NCBI GenBank assembly: GCA_965242685.1
Contig: OZ251487.1
Location: forward strand, 547,340 to 611,339
DNA length: 64,000 bases
From: Gammaproteobacteria bacterium
GTDB taxonomy: Bacteria; Pseudomonadota; Gammaproteobacteria; UBA4575
Reading direction: 5' to 3'
Below are positions 56,903 through 64,000 of this stretch, in pieces. The notes beneath the pieces are model-generated. The model worked only from the letters and a program-made list of their open reading frames with translations, made no database searches and was not told where the DNA came from. Position numbers and translations under genes: made by a program. The first letter of the stretch is position 1, and each line of letters begins with the position of its first letter.

Positions 56903-57002
56903 CCTGTTCCTAGTGCGCGTGATTATGATGTTCCGTAAGGCGAGGTAGTTTCTCGTTTATCTTGAAAAGGTGATGGAAGGGAGCGATACAGAGGAATAAT
57001 GA

Positions 57003-57329
57003 ATGGACAATAGCGGCAACGGCTTCATTGAATGGCTTTTCAAACAGGGTTCGTTGGGAGCGATACTTGGAGTTGTCTTGTTTGTGGGATATAACAGTAT
57101 CAATACCAAAATTGACAACGTGTATACCAATCTCAATACCAAAATTGACAGCGTGAGTACCAGTATCAATGCCAGAATTGATAGCGTGAATGTAAGAATT
57201 GATGGTATCCAGGCCGATATAAAAGAGATCAAGGATAGGGAAAAGTGGTTTATGGATCATGTGATCAAAAACGGGGACAGGATATCTAAGCTGGAAGGGC
57301 AACTGGCGAGGGAACAGGGCAATTCTTAA
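57003..57329 (+). CDS. small N-terminally anchored coiled-coil protein, paralog 3 (diverged)
   Basis: 108 aa with a TM helix, four 'N-x-[KR]-I-D-x-V' repeats, 'IKEIKD' and 'GDRISKLEGQL'. Confidence 0.55.
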   Translation: MDNSGNGFIEWLFKQGSLGAILGVVLFVGYNSINTKIDNVYTNLNTKIDSVSTSINARIDSVNVRIDGIQADIKEIKDREKWFMDHVIKNGDRISKLEGQLAREQGNS

Positions 57330-57482
57330 TCCATAGTCTCAGCGTCCCATCGTCTCATCGTCCCATCCTATATACGCACTTCATAATATCGGGACAAACC
57401 CCACAGCCATAGGCTATGCCCCCTCGCCGGCGCGCTTGCGGCAAGCCTGCCTGCGGAAGGGGATGCCGGCGGGGTTTTATCC

Positions 57483-58100
57483 GTGAAGTTCAGCGCAAGA
57501 TACTTGGTAAGGCCGGTATTGTTTCTGGCGCTGCTTATCCCGCTAGGCCTGCACGCCTACGGGTTTTTCAGTGGTGCCGCCGGCGCCAATCCGATTGAGT
57601 TTGTGACGCGGCGCGCGGGCGACTGGGCGTTGAGGATCCTGCTGATCACCCTGGCGATCTCGCCGTTGGCAAGGATCACCGGCTGGCATGGGTTGGTACG
57701 CTACCGAAGGATGTTCGGCCTGTTTGCATTTTTCTACGTCTGCGTCCATCTCTTTTTGTATGTCACCTTGGATAAATTCTTCGATATGGGTGAAATCCTG
57801 GATGACGTGATCAAGAGGCCGTTTATCACCGCCGGTTTTTCGTCGTTTTTGTTGCTGATACCGCTTGCGGTTACGTCAACCAGGAGAATGGTGGAGCGGT
57901 TACAGCATCGCTGGGTTTTGCTGCACCGGTTGGTCTATCTGATCGCGGTGCTGGCGGTGTTGCATTTCTGGTGGATGGTGAAGGCGGATACGCGGGAGCC
58001 GGCCATCTATGCGGCCGTGCTGGCCGTGCTGCTCGGGTTCAGGTTGTTTTTCTACGTGAGGAGAAGGCTGCGCCCCTTGTCACGCCGAGGCGGAATATAG
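57483..58100 (+). CDS. msrQ: protein-methionine-sulfoxide reductase heme-binding subunit MsrQ (YedZ)
   Basis: 205-aa, six-TM ferric-reductase-like protein with 'RRMFGLFAFFYVCVHLFLY' and 'LHFWWMVK' His ligand contexts. GTG start. Confidence 0.85.
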   Translation: MKFSARYLVRPVLFLALLIPLGLHAYGFFSGAAGANPIEFVTRRAGDWALRILLITLAISPLARITGWHGLVRYRRMFGLFAFFYVCVHLFLYVTLDKFFDMGEILDDVIKRPFITAGFSSFLLLIPLAVTSTRRMVERLQHRWVLLHRLVYLIAVLAVLHFWWMVKADTREPAIYAAVLAVLLGFRLFFYVRRRLRPLSRRGGI

Positions 58101-58565
58101 ATGGTCTTTACAGGTTTCGGTGATCGTTTTGCCATCGTTATGCGAGTCGCCGATCAGCTTTTGTACGGCGTGCGTAAATTCATGGTTCAGGTTGCTGAAA
58201 AATGTGGTTGAAAGCGGGTATTTTTCCGTCGGTAGCGCGATGATTTTTCGCGGAAATGTTACCGGCAGGATCGTCCGGTCTTTATACATGACGTGCAGCG
58301 CAAAGACCCAACGCCAGTCCCAGGGGCAGGGCGCCGCAAGGTCGGTTTCCGGAGTGATGCCGAAGACATCGCCATCCGTCGGGTGAACGTCGCTGAATAC
58401 ACGGGCTTGAAAGGAGGAGAGATCATTTGCGCACAGCAGGCCGGCCGCTACGATGTCGGGCTTGCTCGAGTGTTGGACGAGGCGTGCATACAGCGATGGG
58501 TAGATGAGTTGCAGAAAGGCGAGGAGCTTGGGATAGGGTTCAAGCGGACGGGCGGCGGGTTGCAT
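58080..58565 (-). CDS. hypothetical protein with C-terminal HExxH motif
   Basis: 161-aa longest ORF in this interval with 'NHEFTHAVQ'. No family recognised. Its 3' end overlaps the msrQ 3' end by 21 nt. Confidence 0.35.
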   Translation of the reverse strand: MQPAARPLEPYPKLLAFLQLIYPSLYARLVQHSSKPDIVAAGLLCANDLSSFQARVFSDVHPTDGDVFGITPETDLAAPCPWDWRWVFALHVMYKDRTILPVTFPRKIIALPTEKYPLSTTFFSNLNHEFTHAVQKLIGDSHNDGKTITETCKDHLYSASA

Positions 58566-58666
58566 GTAACCAAAAGATGTCGATGTTTAGGGGTCTAATC
58601 GTGTATATAATTCCTAGTTTATTTTACCGGTATCCAGGTGTATAACGCTGTTGCGATCTTTCTCAC

Positions 58667-58743
58667 GCGCCCGTAGCTCAGTTGGATAGAGTACCTGGCT
58701 TCGAACCAGGTGGTCGGGAGTTCGAGTCTCTCCGGGCGCGCCA
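58667..58743 (+). tRNA. tRNA-Arg (anticodon UCG)
   Basis: 77 nt. Acceptor, D and T arms are nearly identical to the tRNA-Arg(ACG) at 53866. Anticodon loop CTTCGAA, encoded CCA. Confidence 0.88.
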
Positions 58744-58788
58744 ATTCAACGGCTTACGGAAAAATATTTGAAAGGTATAGGGTATTTT

Positions 58789-59157
58789 TTACCTGTTCAA
58801 CACGTTGTCCCGATGCCTTTCAATCGTGTTGATGACCTTGTCTATTTGCGGTTCCCCGATATTCATTTCACGCAACGTTTTTTTCACGCATTCCATCATG
58901 GCGTCAAAATGTTCATCGCTCAGGCCGTTTTCCACCGCATTTTTATGCGCCCTACGCATGTCTTTGCCGGTATATAGGGAAGGGCCGCCGAAGATGTAGG
59001 TTAGAAAAGCGTTCATCTTCAGCTCTTGCTTTTTGATGTCCACGTTTTCAAAAAATCCCTTGATACGCTCGTCACGCAGTATGTTTACGTACAGATAGTG
59101 CGAGGCCTTTTTAACGGTGTCTTTACCGCCGATTTCTTGGTATAGAGTTTCGTCCAT
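58789..59157 (-). CDS. glbN: group I truncated hemoglobin (trHbN), copy 1
   Basis: 122 aa with 'LYQEIGG', 'FF..VD', 'FLTYIFGGPSLYTGKDMRRAH' and 'HFDAMMEC'. Confidence 0.8.
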   Translation of the reverse strand: MDETLYQEIGGKDTVKKASHYLYVNILRDERIKGFFENVDIKKQELKMNAFLTYIFGGPSLYTGKDMRRAHKNAVENGLSDEHFDAMMECVKKTLREMNIGEPQIDKVINTIERHRDNVLNR

Positions 59158-59242
59158 AGTCGTGTATAGTGTTAGGGGTTTATATTGGATGTATGGGTGC
59201 GCCGGCGGGCGCGGCGCGGGCTAAAAAAGTGTGCGTTCGTCG

Positions 59243-59611
59243 TCATCTGTTGAGTACGTCGTCTCGATAGCTTTCGATTTTGTCTAGAACTATGCCTGCC
59301 TGACTTTCACCGACGCCCAAGTCGTTCAACGTTTTTTTCACACACTCTAGCACCGCATCAAAATGTCCGTCATTCAGACCATTTTCCACCGCCTTTTTGT
59401 GTGCCTGACGCATGTTTCTGCCTTCATAGATGGCCGGGCCACCAAGTGCCTGGGTCAAAAAGGTGCTCATCTTGCGCTCTTGTCTTGCTATGTCGACGGT
59501 ATCAAAGAAGCCTTTGATACGGTCGTCATTCATGATGTTCAGGTACAGGTGATGCGCGGCCGCCGTCATGGCGGCTTGACCGCCAAGTTCTTCGTATAGG
59601 GTCTTGCTCAT
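59243..59611 (-). CDS. glbN: group I truncated hemoglobin (trHbN), copy 2
   Basis: 122 aa, collinear with copy 1 without gaps. 'LYEELGG', 'FLTQALGGPAIYEGRNMRQAH' and 'HFDAVLEC'. Confidence 0.8.
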   Translation of the reverse strand: MSKTLYEELGGQAAMTAAAHHLYLNIMNDDRIKGFFDTVDIARQERKMSTFLTQALGGPAIYEGRNMRQAHKKAVENGLNDGHFDAVLECVKKTLNDLGVGESQAGIVLDKIESYRDDVLNR

Positions 59612-59628
59612 GGTTTATGCTTATATAA

Positions 59629-61068
59629 GTGCTATTGATGAAACCTAAAGTATATCGGGCAAACCGATTTTTTCAACCATTTCGGGATAAGAAGGGGATC
59701 GCGGCGGCGGTTGCCTTTTTTTTGATGCCGGCGATGGTTGACGCCACGAACGTCTATTTTTCTCATGGGGCGGGTATCAAGAATCGCGCGCTGGCGGGCG
59801 CGGGCGCGGCATTTCCGCAGGATGCCATGGCGGCCGCTATCAACCCCGCGGGGATGGCCTTTGTAGGTGGGCGGCTTGACGTTGGCGCGGTGTTGTTCAT
59901 GCCTCGGCACGGGTATTCCGCGGGGAGTAGTCGCGTCAATGGCGAGGGCGGGGCGTTGACGTTGGGCGCGGGTTCCGAAGGCAGTGGCGACCGGTTCTTT
60001 TTCGTCCCCAGTTTCGGCTTCAATCGTATGCTCACCGAACGGGATGCGGTGGGGGTTTCGATCTACGGCAACGGCGGCATGAACACGAGTTATGACGGCG
60101 GCAGTGTCGTGTTTGATCCGGATGGGCCGGGGGCGGCGGTAACGTCAAGGATCGCCGGCACCTTCGGCGATGGCCTCGGCGGCGGCAGCGGCGTTGCCGG
60201 CGTCGATATGATGCAGGTGTTTTTCAATTTTTCTTATGCGCGCAGGTTTTCCGACCGCTTTGCGGCGGGCATTAGTCCGATCCTTGCCGTTCAGAGTTTT
60301 CGCAGTAACGGTCTGGATGCGTTTGCCGGTTTTACCAAGACCTCCGCCGAGAGCAACGGCGCCGTTATGGCGGAAAACCTGACCGGTAACGGGCAGGATT
60401 ATTCCTACGGCGGCGGCGTGCAGTTGGGGGCGTTGGCGAGGGATGTGATCGGTACGGCGGATTTCGGTGTCTCGTATCGCTCAAGGATCTATATGAGCAG
60501 GTTTGACGATTATGCGGATCTGTTTGCCGAGAACGGGGATTTTGATATTCCGGCGACCTTGTGGGCGGGCGTCGCCGTCGATCTGAGTGACAGGCTGACG
60601 CTGGTGGCGGATTATCAAAGGATCGAGTACGGCGACGTTGATGCCGTAAGCAATGACGTGCGCAACGTCTTTGATTGTCCGGCAGCGGGCCGCGGGGGGA
60701 ACGATGTGGAGAGCTGTCTGGGCGGGGATGACGGCCCCGGATTCGGCTGGCAAGACGTGGATATATTCAAGGTGGGCCTCCAGTGGCGGGCGTCTGCCAA
60801 CGTTACCGCACGTTTCGGCTATAGTCATGTCGATCAGGTGGTGGACGACGACCAGGTGCTCTTTAATATATTGGCGCCGGCGGTGGTTGAAGACCACGTT
60901 ACCTTAGGGGCAACCTTTAAGCTTGGAGAGTTGGGCGAGATCAGCGTTGAGGCGATGCACGCTCTGCATAATTCGGTGAAGGGGCGCAATACTTTTGATC
61001 CCACTCAAGAGGTTCGTTTGCGGATGAAACAGTATGAGGTGGGGATCGGCTGGTCGCGGGAGTTTTAG
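59629..61068 (+). CDS. FadL/OMPP1/TodX-family outer-membrane transport protein
   Basis: Signal peptide, 'GAGAAFPQDAMAAAINPAGMAF', a Gly/aromatic-rich beta-barrel and a C-terminal '...GIGWSREF' ending in Phe. Confidence 0.75.
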   Translation: MLLMKPKVYRANRFFQPFRDKKGIAAAVAFFLMPAMVDATNVYFSHGAGIKNRALAGAGAAFPQDAMAAAINPAGMAFVGGRLDVGAVLFMPRHGYSAGSSRVNGEGGALTLGAGSEGSGDRFFFVPSFGFNRMLTERDAVGVSIYGNGGMNTSYDGGSVVFDPDGPGAAVTSRIAGTFGDGLGGGSGVAGVDMMQVFFNFSYARRFSDRFAAGISPILAVQSFRSNGLDAFAGFTKTSAESNGAVMAENLTGNGQDYSYGGGVQLGALARDVIGTADFGVSYRSRIYMSRFDDYADLFAENGDFDIPATLWAGVAVDLSDRLTLVADYQRIEYGDVDAVSNDVRNVFDCPAAGRGGNDVESCLGGDDGPGFGWQDVDIFKVGLQWRASANVTARFGYSHVDQVVDDDQVLFNILAPAVVEDHVTLGATFKLGELGEISVEAMHALHNSVKGRNTFDPTQEVRLRMKQYEVGIGWSREF

Positions 61069-61117
61069 GGGCCGGTTGGTCGGTGTGGCTGATCGGTAGA
61101 GAAAATATCCAGTCCAG

Positions 61118-63025
61118 TCAATGGTCGGCGAGTAGTGCGGTGACTTGGCGTTGTAATATGTCGGCACTGACGGCGTTTGCGTCTATCGGGCTGCCGATGG
61201 TGAGCTTGATCTTGCGCCACAGTTTACGCGGCAGCCCCTTCATGGGTTTGCCGCGCCGGTTGCTGAAGTAGCTGCCCCATAGCCCGTCCAGCGCCACGGG
61301 GATGACCGGTACGGGTGTTTCGGCAAGTATGCGGTCGATGCCCGGTTTGAAGGTGTCGGTCTTGCCGTTTGAGGTTAATTTTCCCTCCGGAAATATGCCG
61401 ACTACGTTACCGGCGCGAAGTTCCTGCGCGATCTGTTCGAAGGCCTGTTCAAAGAGTGCGGCGTCTTCTTTTTTCGAGGCGATGGGAATGACGTTGGCGG
61501 CCCTGAATATAGGGCGCAGGGCAGGGGTGTTGAAGATCTTGTGGGACATGACGAAACGGATCGGCCGGCGGATACATCCGCCTATGACGAGGGCGTCCAT
61601 CAGGCTGACGTGGTTGGAGGCGATGACTACGCCGCCCTTGTCGGGTACGTTGTCCAGGTCGATCTTCTTTACGCGATATACCAGGTGAACGAGTATCCAG
61701 GCGATGAAACGGATGAAAAATTCGGGGATGAGCGTGTAGATGTAGATCGCCACGCAGGCGTTCAGTGCCGCCGTTACGAGGAATAGTTGCGGGATGGTGA
61801 GGCCGGTCTTCAACAGGGAGATCGCATACAGGGCCGAGGCGATGATCAGGATGGCATTGAGAATATTGTTGCCGGCGATGACCCTTGAACGTCTCTTGAG
61901 GTTGGAGCGTGCCTGAATGAGTGCATACAGGGGGACGATATAGATGCCGCCGAACATTCCGATGAGGAAGAAATCGAGGATCAACCGCCAGTTTTCCGGC
62001 GCCAGGACGAATGTCTGAAGGCCCACGGGGCCGGCGACGGCGGGCGTGGTCGTCGCCAGGAATACGTCGGCGCCGAACAGGGTCAGGCCGATGGAGCCGA
62101 CCGGCACCAGCCCCAATTCTATGGTGCGGTTTGAGAGACGTTCGCACAACAGTGAACCGGTGCCGATGCCGATACAGAATAGACCCAGAAAGAGGGTTAC
62201 AACCTGTTCGTTGGCGTGTAGGGAGAGGTGGGTGAAGTTGGGTAGTTGGGTGATGTAGGTGGCACCCAGAAACCAGAACCATGATATGCCCAGAACGGCG
62301 TAAAAGATCGTTTTGTTTTCCCGTAGGCTGTTTAGGTTGCGAAAGGTTTCCGTCAGGGGATTCCAGCGTACTTTGAGTTCGGGGTCGACGGCGGGGGCGA
62401 CGGGGATTCTGGTGCTGCTTGCCAGGCCGAGTGCGGCGAGTGCCACGATGGTGCAGGGCACCAGCACTTTCGGGCCGGACGCGCTGCCGATCAGTAGCCC
62501 CCCCAACATGGTGCCCAGCAGGATGGCGATAAACGTGCCGGATTCGACCAGGGCGTTGCCGCCAACCAGCTCATTTTTGCCGAGGTGTTGCGGGATGATC
62601 GAGTATTTGATCGGGCCAAACAGCGAGGATTGAGAACCCATGAGGAACAGGGCGGCCAGCAGCAGCGGGACGCTTTCCAGGTAAAAGCCGACCGCGGCGA
62701 ATAGCATGATGCAGATTTCCGCCATTTTTATGCGCCGGATCAGTGCCGATTTTTCAAGCCGATCCGCGATTTGGCCGGCGATGGCGGAAAACAGCAGGAA
62801 GGGCAGTATAAAGAGGATGGACGCCAGATTGATGATGTAGTGGGAGCTGGAGGCGCCGGCATAGATGCTCTGAAAGGCGATCAGGATGAACAGGGAATTT
62901 TTGAATACGTTGTCGTTGAACGCGCCCAGGAATTGGGTGATGAAGAAGGGGACAAAGCGCCTTGCCCCTAATAGCTGAAACTGGTGGTCTGAACGTTGGG
63001 CGTCGCGGGCGGACAAGAGCGTCAA
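61118..63025 (-). CDS. fused MFS lysophospholipid transporter (LplT-like) / PlsC-type acyltransferase
   Basis: N-terminal 12-TM MFS domain. The C-terminal acyltransferase has 'NHVSLMD' (H-x4-D) and 'FPEGKLT'. Confidence 0.75.
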   Translation of the reverse strand: MTLLSARDAQRSDHQFQLLGARRFVPFFITQFLGAFNDNVFKNSLFILIAFQSIYAGASSSHYIINLASILFILPFLLFSAIAGQIADRLEKSALIRRIKMAEICIMLFAAVGFYLESVPLLLAALFLMGSQSSLFGPIKYSIIPQHLGKNELVGGNALVESGTFIAILLGTMLGGLLIGSASGPKVLVPCTIVALAALGLASSTRIPVAPAVDPELKVRWNPLTETFRNLNSLRENKTIFYAVLGISWFWFLGATYITQLPNFTHLSLHANEQVVTLFLGLFCIGIGTGSLLCERLSNRTIELGLVPVGSIGLTLFGADVFLATTTPAVAGPVGLQTFVLAPENWRLILDFFLIGMFGGIYIVPLYALIQARSNLKRRSRVIAGNNILNAILIIASALYAISLLKTGLTIPQLFLVTAALNACVAIYIYTLIPEFFIRFIAWILVHLVYRVKKIDLDNVPDKGGVVIASNHVSLMDALVIGGCIRRPIRFVMSHKIFNTPALRPIFRAANVIPIASKKEDAALFEQAFEQIAQELRAGNVVGIFPEGKLTSNGKTDTFKPGIDRILAETPVPVIPVALDGLWGSYFSNRRGKPMKGLPRKLWRKIKLTIGSPIDANAVSADILQRQVTALLADH

Positions 63026-63480
63026 TGGCAGCAGGATTGCCCCAGTTTTTTCAGACGCCAGTAGTTATACGGCCATGGCGTCAGAAACCCTACGATCAAC
63101 ATGATGGGGATCACCCACCAGACCAGTTTTGCGCCGCCGGTCAGAAAGTAGTCGGCGGCGTTCATGGCTATTTCCATCGAGAGCATGGAGATGAAGCTCA
63201 TGCCCATGGCGGTGGTGATCGCATTTTTGAACGCCATGCTTTTGCGCATCAATATGATCGTTTCGAGTATGATGCTGGTGATCAGGCCGTTGATGATGGC
63301 CAAGCTGAAGACCAACAGGATCGGGGTATCGGGGGCGTAGATCTGAAAGTAGGCGATGGTGCCGAAGTCGCCGATGGCACAGCCGATGAGACACCACATG
63401 GTATTGTAGGCACTTTTCCCCCAAACTTGGGGGCTGCCCCAAAAGGATATCGAAGCGGTCATTGCGGATTGTTGGGACAT
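63022..63480 (-). CDS. DUF4396-like membrane protein
   Basis: 152 aa with four TM helices and 'WCLIGCAIGDFGT'. Overlaps the downstream gene by 4 nt. Confidence 0.5.
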   Translation of the reverse strand: MSQQSAMTASISFWGSPQVWGKSAYNTMWCLIGCAIGDFGTIAYFQIYAPDTPILLVFSLAIINGLITSIILETIILMRKSMAFKNAITTAMGMSFISMLSMEIAMNAADYFLTGGAKLVWWVIPIMLIVGFLTPWPYNYWRLKKLGQSCCH

Positions 63481-63542
63481 TTGTTGTGCCTTTTGTTATG
63501 TCTTTCCGTTACGTCTTTCCGTTACGTCATTCGGGTAGGCGG

Positions 63543-63872
63543 TTATTTGTAGTCGGGATTGGTGGCGCCCTGGTCAAAGTCTACCTCGACCTCCACGTCT
63601 GTCTTCAAACGCGATTGGCAGGCCAGTATGTAGTTGTCTCTTAACATGTCGCCGTCAAGGGTGTAGGCGAAGTCCGTCAGTTCTTTTACCTTGCCGCTGA
63701 GGAGTTTTGCCCGACAGGTGCCGCACGAGCCTACCTTGCAGTCGCACGGCCATTTAATGCCGGCATTGAGCGCCGCCTGCAACAGGTTGATGCCGCCCTT
63801 CACGTCAAATGTTTCACCCGTGTTTTTTATGGTTGCCTTGAAGTCTTTCTTTTTTCCACCCAATCCAAACAT
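63543..63872 (-). CDS. plant-type [2Fe-2S] ferredoxin
   Basis: 109 aa with 'CKVGSCGTC' (C-x4-C-x2-C) and a later 'ILACQ' Cys. Confidence 0.8.
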   Translation of the reverse strand: MFGLGGKKKDFKATIKNTGETFDVKGGINLLQAALNAGIKWPCDCKVGSCGTCRAKLLSGKVKELTDFAYTLDGDMLRDNYILACQSRLKTDVEVEVDFDQGATNPDYK

Positions 63873-64000
63873 GTCGTGTTCTCCTCATAAATTATTCCGC
63901 ATGAAACGGATAACGTCTCGTGGCCTCAAGTCTAAGGGATCAGGCAAAAAATATATAGACTGCCGCCCGATTATTTAGTTCCGTCATGGGCACGAGATCA

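Larger units (their letters stand above)
56123..57329 (+). repeat. tandem array of three gene-sized units (390, 435 and ~380 bp)
   Basis: The conserved leader 'gtttc(tc)gtttatcttgaaaaggtg' sits at 56123, 56513 and 56948. An 82-nt block (56436..56517) is identical to 56871..56952. Confidence 0.9.
54984..57482 (+). mobile_element. 2.5-kb lower-GC cassette of six small ORFs inserted between msrP and msrQ (no recombinase seen)
   Basis: msrP and msrQ are normally adjacent. The intervening DNA is visibly AT-richer than both flanks and codes only for small ORFs on the same strand. Confidence 0.4.

Noticed and set aside
59185-59230. GC hairpin (gcgccg-gcgggcg-cggcgc) between the two globin genes as a terminator
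   Set aside because: On the coding (minus) strand the T-run precedes the stem instead of following it. On the plus strand the stem is followed by A's. Neither orientation is a canonical intrinsic terminator.

Overview
This is a 64-kb chromosomal segment with Gammaproteobacteria-type gene order. All family calls were made by eye from motifs in the supplied translations; no searches or computations were run.

Positions 1-30.7 kb are ordinary, densely packed housekeeping genes: proA-nadD-rsfS-rlmH, yhdP/C-N hydrolase/tldD/pmbA, purN-purM, hda, aspS-nudB-yebC-ruvCAB, ybgC-tolQRAB-pal-cpoB, queE-queC, tRNA-Lys and acs. I report no findings there.

From 30.7 kb onward the window is accessory and mosaic:
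- **30.7-38.2 kb:** a surface-modification or sulfation locus. It holds a GT4-like glycosyltransferase, a PAPS-type sulfotransferase, two tandemly duplicated membrane-anchored arylsulfotransferase (ASST)-like genes, and a translationally coupled pair of unknown membrane proteins.
- **39.6-53.6 kb:** a defence-type island abutting the 3' end of tRNA-Ser(GCU). It carries a Type III-like mod...res pair split by two extra genes, a PHP-like/ABC-SMC-type ATPase and an AlbA_2+HATPase protein. All four genes appear to form one tightly coupled operon, and this is my top candidate for an undescribed system. Convergent with it is a frameshifted RecB-like nuclease/SF1 helicase gene that has a poly-G/C tract upstream.
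- **55.0-57.5 kb:** a lower-GC, 2.5-kb six-ORF cassette inserted exactly between msrP and msrQ. It ends in three tandem paralogous genes for small membrane-anchored coiled-coil proteins that contain nested intragenic repeats.

I saw no integrase, transposase, rRNA gene or CRISPR array. Four tRNA genes are present: Lys-UUU, Ser-GCU, Arg-ACG and Arg-UCG.
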